Origin: Octopus sinensis
Taxonomy: Eukaryota
Length of the DNA stretch: 64,000 nucleotides
Assembly: GCF_006345805.1 (NCBI RefSeq)
Contig: NC_042998.1
Location: 119,040,001 to 119,104,000, forward strand
Direction: 5' to 3'
The notes under the pieces are model-generated. The model saw only the letters and a program-made list of their open reading frames with translations, ran no database searches and had not been told where the DNA came from. A program made the translations under genes and the position numbers. How positions within the stretch are numbered: the stretch's first letter is position 1; every line of letters starts with the position of its first letter. Below, piece after piece: positions 14,445 to 26,835 of this stretch.

Positions 14445-15673
14445 TATCAGGTCATCCCATGAGTTCTGTTCGACTTTACCTTTTTTAAAATTGAATGAAA
14501 TTTAATAGTATTTTAGAATGTCTAATGGAATTAATAATTATTTTTATGCATTTGTGTACATTTAAACTAATTAAATATTATTTTACAGATTAATAGAATT
14601 AAAATTTCTTTGATTAAAACCCTTTCTAACATGAAAGTATCCAAAGAGCATTTGAGGCACATAATGCTTTATGAGTAGAAAGAAGGAAACTCTGCAGCCG
14701 AAGCAACTCGCTTATAGGAAAGAATGCTTGAATGAAAGAACTTGCAGAAGATGGTTTGCAAAATTCAGAACTGGAGATTTCAGCTTTGAAGATGAAGATA
14801 GAACAGGACGTCCAGATGAGTTTGATAAGATCCTTGAGGCATTACTTGAAGAAAATCATGCATTATCAGTTGAAGAATTGGCCATACAACTGTTCATCGT
14901 CATCTTCAACAACTTGGAAAGGTTCCTAAACTTGGAAAATGGGTGCCTCATGAATTGTCCGAAAGCAACTGCAAATCCCGAGTTAACATCTTCTCTTCTC
15001 TCCATTCTTGCGAACTCATTTCACCCTTTTTGTATAGACTTGTGACTAGTGACAAAAAATGGATCTTCTATCGAAATGTTAAATGTCGTAAGCAGTGGCT
15101 TGGTAAAAAAAGAATAAGCTCGACCACAACCGAGAAGGGAGCTTCAAAAAGGTTCTTCTCTCTATCTGGTGGGATTGCGAAGGAGTAATTCATTTTGAAT
15201 TGTTACCACCTAATGCAACAATCAATGCTCAAGTCTACTACAAGCAACTAGAGCGTTTGAACCAAACTTTGAAGAAAAAACGACCCGCTTTAGTGAATCG
15301 AAAAGAAGTGATGTTTCATCAGGACAATGCGCGACCCCACACTGCAAAGATCACATCACAATAGATCGAAGAGCTTGGTTGGGAAAAAATATTCCTCATC
15401 CACCTTATTCTCCCGACGTTGCTCCCTCAGACTACTATTTGTTTCGTAGTTTACACAATCATTTGGGGGACATAACTTTCCCAAGCCAGGAGGAGGTCGA
15501 AACTGACATTTGAGTGTTCTTCACTTTGAAACCAAAAGAGCTTTATATTGATGGGATTAAAAAGCTTGTAATTAGATGGAAGAAAGTCAAGGATAATCAG
15601 GGAAAGTACATTGATGGTTAAATTTCAATTAAATATAACATTTCATCATTTTTTCTTTATTAAAAATTCGGAC

Positions 15674-15679
<6 letters not shown>
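14445..15679 (+). mobile_element. Near-full-length mariner (DD34D) transposon with disrupted transposase (14631-15621)
   Basis: Termini TATCAGGTC...GACCTGATA with flanking TA. Motifs MKVSKEHLRHIMLYE, RRWFAKFRTGD, GKWVPHEL, VTSDKKW, HQDNARPH, HPPYSPDVAPSDYYLF are split by stops and frameshifts. Confidence 0.95.
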
Positions 15680-15716
<37 letters not shown>

Positions 15717-15950
15717 CAATTACAGCCAACGATTCTAGTCATCACACAAGACAGCCATTATGCTCCCCCCCATCACAAAATACTACCACGTGGACTCTGC
15801 TGAGACTAGTAAGAAACAATTATGAACTTTTTTTATTACACTTAACTTCTAAAAATATTTTTGATAAGGTTCGTTTTTTCAAGAAGAACCAAAAGATGTA
15901 AAATCTTTAAGAAAATTAAAATTTATTTTATATAGTGTTTTCAAACTTTA

Positions 15951-16014
<64 letters not shown>

Positions 16015-16015
16015 C

Positions 16016-16084
<69 letters not shown>

Positions 16085-16099
16085 TATATATATATAAAA

Positions 16100-16900
16100 T
16101 CTAACAGACAATATAAACAAATAGAAATCTGAGAATTTTTCTGAAGGGGTGTAATATTTGGGATGCGCAGGAGATTTTCTAAGTGTATCTTATTCATATT
16201 TTACTTTTTTGTTCATCACCACGTTGGCCCAGAATCCACAGAATATAGTTGTCTTTTTATCCACCTGTAATATTTTTCTCTCTTTTTTAAACAGAATCTT
16301 GTGGATAGAGGGAAGATTGACTACTATGTTTAATACATGGTTGAGAGACCATATAGTGTATGTACCAGAAATTTTCCAGGCAACATCTGCTAAACAACAT
16401 TCTTTGCGTATCGACTGTATTTTGAATTATTGACTGCATTTTGTATGTATCGACATAAGTCAAATATAATTAGCTGGATCTGTCAAGCCGGTTTTCATGC
16501 AATAATAATTGCTTTCTTACATCAAATTAGGATTCACCAAATTCCCATGGAAAGAGATGTGCAGCACTAATTTTTCTAATATAGTTAGTTGGAGAGGGTA
16601 TTGTTGATTACATACTACTACATTTATTGACTGGTACATTATCTCCACTGCACAGGGTGAAAAGGTAAAAATTGACAAGGTGGGATTTGAAATCACAAAG
16701 TTGAGAAGCGTAACTCCACACTGCAAAAGGTTTTTCGTCACTATTCTAATAATTTTTGCCAGCTGGAAATACTAAGATGTTCTTTCAGTTCAAAAATATT
16801 TTTCATGTATTACTTAGTCAACGAACGTAAGGGAAACACCTTTAACTGAGATTCTGAGATGAGTAAGCCGGATGATAAGAAGAAAATCCAACGCAAGAGT
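16100..16900 (+). mobile_element. Possible highly decayed Penelope-like GIY-YIG endonuclease 3' region
   Basis: Only weak motif resemblance (e.g. FEITKLRSVTPH vs FWIxKLxTLxPxGLN). Flanked by a (TA)n tract. Confidence 0.25.
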
Positions 16901-19237
16901 TTATAAATCATCAGTCTAGTGAATGCATTTGTATACAGAGTGAACTCTGCAAAATAAGCTTAAGTTCAGATGCTGATGCTAAATGACATAAGTTTTCTAC
17001 AAAAAAGCTGGGCCATCTAATGTTTCTTACGACATAATCAACACTGTGTGGTTGCGAGATACTCTTCATAATAATCTGGTTCCGAGCTTTATATTACAGC
17101 ACGCCACCCAATACAGGTGTCTGTTATGATAGCCTCGTATTAGGTCTTCTAATAGTATTCCGCATAGTTGCAATCTTTCTTGTTTTACTCTCAGGGATTT
17201 GGTAGGCCTGAATCTATTGTAGGAGACACTTGCTCATGTAGTACTCAGTAGTATCAAACCTGGAAACACGTAATCGTGGAGCACATTTCTTAACTGCACA
17301 GCATTAACCCCGTCGCAGCGTCGTTGCAAGAGATATTGGCATGACTTCAACGATGAGACAAACTAATCACGAACACATTAAATTGTTTCCTTATCGTTTA
17401 ATACTGAAATTAGACACACCAGACAATTTGCTCATATCATCGTCGTATTTTTAATTTTACAATTTGTATGCACGACATATAAATTAAATTTTTTGTTTAT
17501 TAATCTACGATCGAATGTCTAATACATACCATTGAAGACGGGTGTGAGTGTATATGTGCGTTTAAAGCATATATGTAAATATATATGTGTATCAATCGAG
17601 TTAGTTTTTTAATTCTTTAATTCTTTTTCAAACACCAAAGTGTTCTGCCAATGTGAGATATACTGTAACTTTTTGTAATTTTTTGATTCTTCATACTAAA
17701 TAAGGAAACATCCCACTACATCCATCCATAAGTTATGTACAAACTTTGTCATATAGCAGCCTTACGAAAGGGTAGAGTCAAAATCCCCCTTCCCAATTTA
17801 CACCACGTCTTGGCCCTTGGGTGCCTTTAGTAGTTTTCTGTCTCTACAATGCTTTCAACAAGAAGAAATTCACTAAATTTTAGAATAATTTCCGCTTTTA
17901 GTTCCACCAATCGCGAAAGACCTGAAAATATAAAGTCATGCGCGCTTCCTTTCACTCTTGCTCTAATCATTAAAGAAAATGATCAAGAGGTTTCGTTGAA
18001 TAGTATCAATTTACACGAATACCGTACGGTATTTTGTCATTGTTGTTGATAGTGATAGCATATTAGTCCGAAATTAGTCCCTATCGCCAAAGACGTTCCA
18101 GTTCTAAATAACTGCCTATCTTGAGACACTGTGTCTATGATTACATAAAATGTCTCTTTCCTTGCCAAGAGAGCAGAATGTGACTTACATGCGATTTGGC
18201 TGCTTTTTCTAGAAAGCAGACGTCCCTGCGTCTACTTGAAACCATGGATTTAAGCAGGAATTTGGGGAAACCATCAGAACAGTGACCTAATGTTCGATTG
18301 CAGATATTTTACAAATACTCTCAATGAGGTATGAATAGTGTGACAATTATAATGATAACATGTTTATTTGTTGCATAAAAGAGACAGCAAAGCCAAAAGA
18401 GAGAAACATGAACTTAGTTTCAAATAGAGAAGAGATCGTTATCTAAAAAACAATTATGTTTAATTTTATGATTCTCGCTTCAAATGAATTTTAGGAATAG
18501 CACCAGAACATATACTACTGGGACGACTCAATACCAAAAGCAGAGTGAAGCATATTATCTAATTGGTTTCGACTGTGACTCGAAATTTCTTCCAACAGCT
18601 TATTCAACCAGGAGTGACGTTTATATTGAGAAAAATAATATCATTAAAATTGTCGTGAAGTCGTAAACTATTACTGTAATGAGAATTCTCAGCAGCGGTT
18701 GAATAATCCGTTACATGGAAATTGAAGTCCTAGTCAAAACTAATTTTATAAGAAACCTTGACTCTTTTTAAGTATGCAGGTTTCGTTTTTGTATATCTGT
18801 TGTTGTTATTCTTTACAAGTTAAAAACTTTTAACATAAAAAAACTAGAATTACCACATATATATATATATAAAGCGAACCAACATATAAATATATCATGC
18901 TACCAATAAAGAAAAAAACCATGGAATTTCTATACTTAAGGGAAAATATACTAATACTGTCAATGAAAGACTAGCTAGAATATATATTATAGAAACGGAA
19001 AGTTTGACGAAAAGAAGGAGATGGAAAATTCAGTTCTTTGTGAAGTCAAACGAAAACCAATTACGGAATGAAACGTTTTTATAGAATTCTCCTCGGAGAT
19101 TTAGAAAGTTAAGAACCTCTCTATATAAACATTAAAAAGAAAATTATCACTACCGCTTCACTAAATTGTTAGGAAAAACTTAAATACCCAAAACACATAC
19201 GTATGTGTGTGTGTTTTTGTGCATATGTGAGTTTGTT

Positions 19238-19480
19238 GTAGCGGTTGGCCTAGTGGTGAGAGATCTAAGCTGTTAAGCTGTGGGTTCGATTCTCACACTG
19301 GACAGCGCATTGTGTCCTTGATCAATGCATTTCAAGTTAGTACAAGCGAGAGTTGGGTGATGAAAATTGCTACGGACTAGCGTGGGGAGCTGTCATTGCG
19401 GTCTCAGTCAATTAAACATCACGGTAAGTAGGATGAGCTTCTACAGTTTAATGGTACTAAAGGCTTGTGACAGATCAAAA
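19238..19480 (+). mobile_element. Degenerate tRNA-derived SINE
   Basis: A-box-like TGGCCTAGTGG, B-box-like GGTTCGATTC, then GCATTGTGTCCTTGA body. Confidence 0.6.
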
Positions 19481-19579
19481 ATTATTTTCACAAACATACA
19501 CATACACACACATAGACACACGCACACACACATATATATATTTATGTGTATATATATATATATATATATATACAAATAT

Positions 19580-19876
19580 GGAGGCGCAATGGCCTAGTGG
19601 TTAGGGCAGCGAACTCGCGGACGCAGGATCGCGGTTTCGATTCCCAGACCGGTCGTTGTGAGTGTTTATTGAGCGAAAACACCTAAAAGCTCCACGAGGC
19701 TCTGGCAGGGGGTGGTGATCCCTGCTGTACTATTTCACCACTCTTTCTCTCACTCTTTCTTCTGTTGGCCTGCTTGGGGTGGCGTCATTCGAAGGCTAAA
19801 ACAATGCGAACACATTGTGACCAGCGATGTGTAACAACATCTGATGGTCTGGTCGGTCACGTGATCACGTGACGGG
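19580..19876 (+). mobile_element. tRNA-derived SINE, copy 1, with 12-bp TSD
   Basis: Head GGAGGCGCAATGGCCTAGTGGTTAGGGCAGC with B-box GTTTCGATTCC. ATATACAAATAT at 19568-19579 and 19877-19888. Confidence 0.9.
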
Positions 19877-19884
19877 ATATACAA

Positions 19885-19917
<33 letters not shown>

Positions 19918-19928
19918 ATATACAATAT

Positions 19929-20225
19929 GGAGGCGCAATGGCCTAGTGGTTAGGGCAGCGAACTCGCGGACGCAGGATCGCGGTTTCGATTCCCAGACCG
20001 GTCGTTGTGAGTGTTTATTGAGCGAAAACACCTAAAAGCTCCACGAGGCTCTGGCAGGGGGTGGTGATCCCTGCTGTACTATTTCACCACTCTTTCTCTC
20101 ACTCTTTCTTCTGTTGGCCTGCTTGGGGTGGCGTCATTCGAAGGCTAAAACAATGCGAACACATTGTGACCAGCGATGTGTAACAACATCTGATGGTCTG
20201 GTCGGTCACGTGATCACGTGACGGG
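19929..20225 (+). mobile_element. tRNA-derived SINE, copy 2 (apparently identical tandem duplicate)
   Basis: Same sequence and essentially the same flanks as copy 1. Confidence 0.9.
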
Positions 20226-21184
20226 ATATACAAATATATATATATATATATATAATATATATATATATAAACCTACGTTTGTTACTCAAAAGGGACAAAC
20301 ACTTGGTAGATGTACATTGCCTTCACATTTTATTTCAGATAACTATTTAGTCAAGAGGAAATATAGGTATTTTCTCAATGTTGATTTGCGCACCCTGGAT
20401 CTAACGCCAAAGTAAAGAGCCTCAGCGTTTCAGAAATTATTCCCTGATAAAAATAAAGAGAAAATGTGAGAAAGGGGAATAATCAATAAGGGAAAGAGAC
20501 GCGGGTTAGAAATTACGTGAGAATGAGGTTCTATTGGAAGAGTTCCGAATGAAAGAGGTAAGTATAGGAGTTATCCTTTTGTCTGGAGCGGGCATATGGA
20601 AGGACTACTGTGTGACGTTTCTCTGTGTGTGTGTGTGTGGGTGTGTATGTATGTGTATGTGTGAGTGTGTGTGTGTCTGTGTGTGTGTGTGTATGTGTGT
20701 AGAAGTGTGTAAGTGCAGAGGTATGCTGGTGTAGATTACTGGAGACAAGAGGTGTTGGTGTGTAGTGTAATTACTAAGTGTAAATGTAGAAAACGTGGAT
20801 GCGAAAAGTTGGGGGCGAGAGTGAGTGTGAGGTAAATGTAAAGGTAAGAGAAATATGGAAGATGAAATAGATGTGCTAGAAGTGTATGAAGGCTTGAACT
20901 AAAATAACAGAAACAACATGGAATTCCTGAGACACGAAAAAAGTAAAAACAAAAGTTAATATAATATGTATATATTTTCAATTCTTCTCTTGCCATTATC
21001 AGCCACAGGCTGCCATGCTGGGGAAAGCGCCAGTAGCGCTAATGCTTGTTTATTTTAGAACCTCTTCCCAAGCAGTTCTGTCTCTGGAAGCGGTCTTGTA
21101 TATACATACATACATACATACATACATACATACATACATACATACATACATACATACATACATACATACATACAAACGTACGTA

Positions 21185-22340
21185 CATACATTATATCACT
21201 CAGACAACACCTGCAAGAAAGAAACGAGTTTATTCCATGCATACTCAAAAGTGAGGGCAACATCTTCAGGGTTGAAGAAAAACTTCTATGCCGTTCCTCT
21301 GAGAATACAACTGTCTCATGCGACCCAAAAGTGACTGAAGTAGCCTACCTAAACAGAAGCTTGGGGAAGAAGCAAGCATCATATCAACTAAATGCAACGC
21401 ATGGATACGAATTCCGTAAGCTAGAGGGTAACAACAGCATTGATAGGAAGATTAGCCTCTCCTGCACCTGCGATAGATACGTTACCTCCCAACTAGAAGG
21501 ATATGTCTTCACTATCCAGGAACAGTAAATAGCTACTAAATTCCTGATAAACAAAAGGAACAAAAATACTGCGAAACCTCCACGTTGTGATAAAAAAAAT
21601 CAGCTCTGCTTTCGTAGTGTGGAAAATATCACCCACATCAGCAGCAGCTGCCCTAAAATGTTTACGAGATACTACCTGTCCCTGAAGCATAATCTAGTTG
21701 CAAAGACTATTTACAATACTATCTATATGAAGGACTACCCTGATGTACACATCAAAGGTATGTCAGAACCAGCAGGTAATCACGGCTTTAAAAACAAGGA
21801 ATACTATTGGAGCAGCCCAATAAGAACATCAATTCGGTGCAAGTATAACAGACCTGATATTGTTCTGCTGTACAGGGAACAAAAGTCATGCACTGTTGCA
21901 GAGGCCAACTGCCCAACAGACGTGGATGTACAGTCATAAGTGCAAGAAAAGAACATTTATGGTGAATGAATGCCGAACTTAGAGCTCTTGTACCATGAAT
22001 ATGAATTCTCATTTTTATCTATCATCATAGGTGCATTAGATTACGTACCAACAAATTTACACAAAGACTTAGAAGCACTTGGTTTCACGGAAAAAGAGCA
22101 AAAGAAACTGACATGGATTCTCCAAATCTAATCTATTAGTGCCACAAATATTTCTAAAACATTCTAGAATTTCTCCATGGAAGATTCTTATGTGGTGTCT
22201 GCATTGACAGTTCAACTAGCACACCAATTCAACCACATATTCACAAACACCGAGAACTCTCTTAACTCAAAATGTCTTCTTACTTTGTTAGCAACCGGTT
22301 TGAACTCTCTCAAGGATTTAAATTAAACTCAAAGTAAATC
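21185..22340 (+). mobile_element. R4/Dong-like non-LTR retrotransposon 3' fragment (zinc knuckle and restriction-like endonuclease)
   Basis: EGYVFTIQEQ*IAT, QLCFRSVENITHISSSCPK (degenerate CCHC), KHNLVAK (cf. RHN/RHD), NRPDIVL, AEANCP, IIIGAL. Follows a (CATA)n tract. Confidence 0.85.
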
Positions 22341-22569
22341 CTACATATATAAAGACACTCAACTGCATGGCATAGCAGAAACAACGTTAAGCTAATGAAG
22401 TTCATGAAATAATTTATTCCATTGTCACCTCCTCATATATATATTTATACACGTGTGTGTTTGGCGTATAAATACATTTTTGTGCTAAATTTGATGATTT
22501 TTATGTATCTTATTCTCAAAAAGAGCCTGAAGTACTGGTGAGCAAAAAGATTAAAGTTGTAGCTGAGAA

Positions 22570-23080
22570 AAAATTAGCTGACATGGAGGAAAGGAAATAA
22601 TTTGAATATTGGAAAAGATTTACCTGTATCATGCCTGATATCAAAATGCCAGCATCATCACTGCTACTCAGTGCTCTGTGAGCACTGTAACGGCTTAAGT
22701 CTTGACATGGACATCATAAAAACCAAGAATCCCCAAAACTGTGATGGTCTTTGGGTGTGTCTCCAGGTAGGGTGGTATCAGGCCGCCCTGCATCTTTGAA
22801 CAGCCTCTTAGTCTCAATTCAGACGGCTATATGTACCTTCTGGAGACTGTTTGAAATGTGTCTGTAGAGTATTGTTGATGGAAAGTCATATTTGGGGCTG
22901 CAGGATTCGGCTCATTGTCATACCATCGGGAAGAATCAGAAGTAGTTGTAGGAGAATTTCTACTTCACCGAGCCCAATTTCTGGCCTCATTATTTCTCCG
23001 ATTATAATCCATAATTACTATTTGCGGATCGCAGTTGAGAAAGATACCAACCACTCTGCCTTCAAAGACCAAGGCCGAAA
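22570..23080 (+). mobile_element. maT-type (DD37D) Tc1/mariner transposase remnant
   Basis: Frameshifted translation KTKNP.TVMVFGCVS, PPCIFEQPLSLNSDGY, GKSYLGLQDSAHCH, ENF...PNFWP matches maT-type KTKHPASVMV, QQDSAPAH, WPPNSPD. Confidence 0.8.
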
Positions 23081-23190
23081 TGGTGGCTAAGAACAAGGGG
23101 GTGTTCGAATATCTACACAGAGACACGATGATGTTCCGGAACCGTCTTCACACTTTCGTGAAAGTTCGGGGCTGCTAATTTGAGTATATA

Positions 23191-23308
<118 letters not shown>

Positions 23309-23659
23309 CGGGTTAGCAAGGTTAGCATCAGTTTTATGCTGAGAGACATCTCTCAACAATTATCAATCCTACCTCATGGGAACGTTGGTACTCGTTTCAT
23401 GGCTGAGAACACAGGAATGTACAGGTGACTATAAGAAATAAATGGATAAATATACAAACATTTGAGGTAACATTGAGGAAAAGCTAACCGTTGTGTTCCT
23501 TGCATTATTCCTGGAATCATTGTAAGGAGTTGCGATCACCATGAATTGATTAATTCTTTTATCATTTTAGATGAAAAACCTTGCACATGTCCAAATTTAT
23601 AAATACACATGTATGTGTGTATTCCCGTCCATAATAAAAGGAAAGAAATACCCACCATA

Positions 23660-23701
<42 letters not shown>

Positions 23702-23831
23702 GCACACACGGACATACACTCCTGCATTATGCGTTCTGTTTGTGTTTGAGCATGTGCACATAATAGTGGAGTTTCATATATTTTGATGCCAAACTTGGTC
23801 AATGAGGTTGAATTGATATATATATATATAT

Positions 23832-23887
<56 letters not shown>

Positions 23888-24005
23888 ATAACATCGTTAA
23901 TTTAAAATAACATAAAGATTTTATCATGGCCAGCATGGCCAGCATGGAAAAAATAACATTCAAAGGTAATAATTATTAAAATTATAAATTAGGGTATATG
24001 TCCTA

Positions 24006-24039
<34 letters not shown>

Positions 24040-24040
<1 letters not shown>

Positions 24041-24830
24041 TGTATAAAAGTTGAATGTAGATTCTTCCTTTAATTGGAGGGTTCCAAAAAAGATTTCTAA
24101 TGTTGATTCTTCATACTTTGCTGGAAGTTTACAAACGTAAATTTGCAAAGATATGAAAGTAGTACTTATATATAATGTATGATGCGTTTATGAAATGAAG
24201 TTCTATAAATCCTGCCAGTTTTATTAAGAATGCAGGAAACAAGTTGCTAAAATTTATAAGAAGTTTAATTCTTGCAGACGATCGATATAATAATAATATA
24301 AATTCATGATTGAATTAAATTAAATAAATATCAACGTACTACAAGGAACTTACAAAGGAATAGAGCAGAAAAAATTTGATATAGTAGAGTCATATTGGTG
24401 TCCGTGTGAGAAAGAGATGGGTGTCATGTCGGATATTAAACCATAACTAAAGGCTTCAACGGTTATTTGAAGATATAACTAAAGAGGTATCGGATACGTT
24501 CACTCTATAGATGGATTATATGAAGCGTAGGGCAAGTAAGTAGTAGAAATGTCTAATATGAAGGCAATACCAAATTTAAATCAAAATTAAAACTAACCGT
24601 TGAAAACAGTACGTGGTATAATATATTTTTAAAAATCTATACAAAAGAATGAACTTTAGCGAGAGGAAGTGGTATATGATAAGCAAATACTAGATAGTTA
24701 CCGTAAACAAATGGCAAAAAATAGAGAAATGAGAATGAGTTAAAGATGATGTATATAAAAGACTCATGTTTACATAAAAAAAATCATATTAGGTAAGACG
24801 TATTAATAATAAAGGAGAAAATAATAAATA
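24040..24830 (+). mobile_element. Possible decayed Penelope-like RT remnant
   Basis: Weak motifs IKLTVENS and YRKQM resemble PLE RT IKFTxE and YRKPT. Many stops. Confidence 0.3.
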
Positions 24831-24857
24831 AAAACAGAGAAGTAATTATTAATATTC

Positions 24858-25740
24858 GTATTTATAATTGTGTAACGTTCTCCGTTCTTTGTCTTTGTTC
24901 TCGTACACGTTCGCTTGCTTTCTTACAAAAATCTAACGGTCTTAGCTTAGACTTTTTTTAGGGCAACCAGATTGAACAGTTTCAAGTGTAACTGCCCACA
25001 AACAATAAGAATATGATAACAGGTGTCTTTCGAATGAGGACGAATCAAATTGAGCTAGCGCGTATAGAGTGAAAGTCTTAAGGCAGCAACATGGACGTGA
25101 AGTGTTGGCGGTCGCCAGTCAGCTCGAGAAAGAAAGATCATGGCTGGCCGAACACCGGTCACGTGAAAGGAGGAGGGAAGGGTAGGGGAAGCGGGATTGA
25201 AGGATTAGAAAAGAACAGAGATAAATGGAGAGGTAAATGGGAGATAATCGAGGAGTTAAAGAAAGAGAGGGTCAAGAAATGTGAGAGAGGGGGAACGAGA
25301 AAAGAAAAGAGCAAGAATGTATGAGGGAGGCTAAAAGAAAATAAAAGAATCGTACAAAATTTAGATACATACCATAAGGTGAGCAAAAGCCTTAAAGCGT
25401 TCGACCAGCCATGAGCTTTCTTTGTTGGCCTGACTGCCGACTGCCAACGCTTCTTATATCCAACACCTATGTTCCTGCTTTAAGGTTTTCACTTTATACA
25501 CGCCAGCTCGATTTCATTCGTCCTTAGTCGAAAGTCACCTGCTGTTATATTCTTGTTGTTTGTATTTGTAATTGTGTAACATATTCTCCGTTTTTTTTCC
25601 TTGTTGTACACATTCGCTTGGTTTCTTACAAAACAGTCTAACGCTCTTAGCTTAGACTTTTTGGTGGGCAACCAGATCGAACAGTCACAAGTGTAACTGC
25701 CCTAAATTGTAAGGAAATCTGGTAATTTGACTGATGAAAG
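24858..25740. mobile_element. Rearranged repeat with B + inverted A ... A + B architecture
   Basis: Segment B (GTATTT.TAATTGTGTAAC...AAGTGTAACTGCCC) is direct at 24858-25000 and 25561-25705. Segment A at ~25399-25560 is inverted at ~25001-25153. Confidence 0.75.
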
Positions 25741-25789
25741 AAAGCCACGAGTGACTCGTGCACCTTCGTTATGGGATCACCAATACTTT

Positions 25790-26033
25790 ATTATCTCATC
25801 TTCTTCATAGCACTCCTGTCTAACGACCTCTGTCCAATCAGCCGCCCTGATTGACCGTTAACTTCTAAAGCTTTTTTAATTCTCTTTCTCTCTGTTTATT
25901 TTCTCGGGTTCCTTTCTCTTGAAGAGCGTAGGCTCGAAATGTAAAAGACTTTCTCACCTTCCCGAGCGTTAAACTAATACACCTGCTTGTTGTTTACACA
26001 CCTGTCTTCGTCTTTTGTTTTTCTGTAAATTCC

Positions 26034-26038
<5 letters not shown>
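25790..26038 (+). mobile_element. Short PLE pseudo-LTR-like repeat (family A)
   Basis: TTGAAGAGCGTAGGCTCGAAATGTA at 25919-25943; similar to 905-1033 and 60555-60630; ends in (TA)n. Confidence 0.6.
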
Positions 26039-26107
<69 letters not shown>

Positions 26108-26332
26108 GAAATATTTAAATTACTAAGTCTCTCTAAAAGAGAACAGCGGCAGCGTTCCGGAAAATAATAGTTATCGCCATACTAATATGGCATTCTTATA
26201 AAAATAAGAATAAAGCTGTCCGCTTATTAGCTCCATGAGGCCATCGCCTTAAGTTAGCTATTTGATACACAAACCGTATCCATATAACCTTCGAACAAGG
26301 GAGGTCAGTCGCTCCACACTACTTGACCGGCA

Positions 26333-26374
26333 GCTACAGACGCGTTTCGGGGTATTGCCCCTTTTCAATGCAGC
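26333..26374 (-). ncRNA. Minimal type I hammerhead ribozyme (U3-A8 variant)
   Basis: Minus strand reads GCTGCA-TTGAAAA-GGGG-caata-CCCC-GAAAC-GC-GTC-TGTAGC: helix I, variant core, helix II, palindromic helix III (ACGCGT) and GUC triplet. Confidence 0.75.
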
Positions 26375-26551
26375 ATATTAGTATGGCGATAACTATTATT
26401 TTCCGGGAACGGTGCCGCTGTTCTCTTTTAGAGAGACTTAGTAATTTTAATATTTCTATTATTGAAGATAAGTGGATGTATTCCACCGAAACTAGGTAAA
26501 TAAAACCATCGAACAGAGATTGTCAGAAGCGACACCTACTGGTCTGGCTAC

Positions 26552-26592
26552 GCTGCATTGAAAAGGGCAATACCCCGAAACGCGTCTGTAGC
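26552..26592 (+). ncRNA. Minimal type I hammerhead ribozyme (U3-A8 variant)
   Basis: GCTGCA-TTGAAAA-GGG-caata-CCCC-GAAAC-GC-GTC-TGTAGC (helix II one G shorter). Confidence 0.7.
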
Positions 26593-26766
26593 TGCCGGTC
26601 AAGTAGTGTGGAGCGACTGACCTCCCTTGTTCGAAGGTTATATGGATACAGTTTGTGTATCAAATAGCTAACTTAAGGCGATGGCCTCATGGAGCTAATA
26701 AGCGGACAGCTTTATTCTTATTTTTATAAGAATGCCATATTAGTATGGCGATAACTATATATATAT

Positions 26767-26830
<64 letters not shown>

Positions 26831-26835
<5 letters not shown>

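Larger units (their letters stand above)
26103..26757. mobile_element. Head-to-head hammerhead-bearing non-coding element (retrozyme/PLE pLTR-like), unit 1
   Basis: 26103-26374 is the reverse complement of permuted parts of 26375-26757. ATATTAGTATGGCGATAACTA recurs at 26375 and 26737, giving a 362-nt monomer. (TA)n on both sides. Confidence 0.8.

Noticed and set aside
19580-19655. tRNA-like sequence (also 19929 and 34610-34682)
   Set aside because: SINE heads: they continue into a repeat body, have no proper acceptor stem, and the 19580 copy has a TSD.
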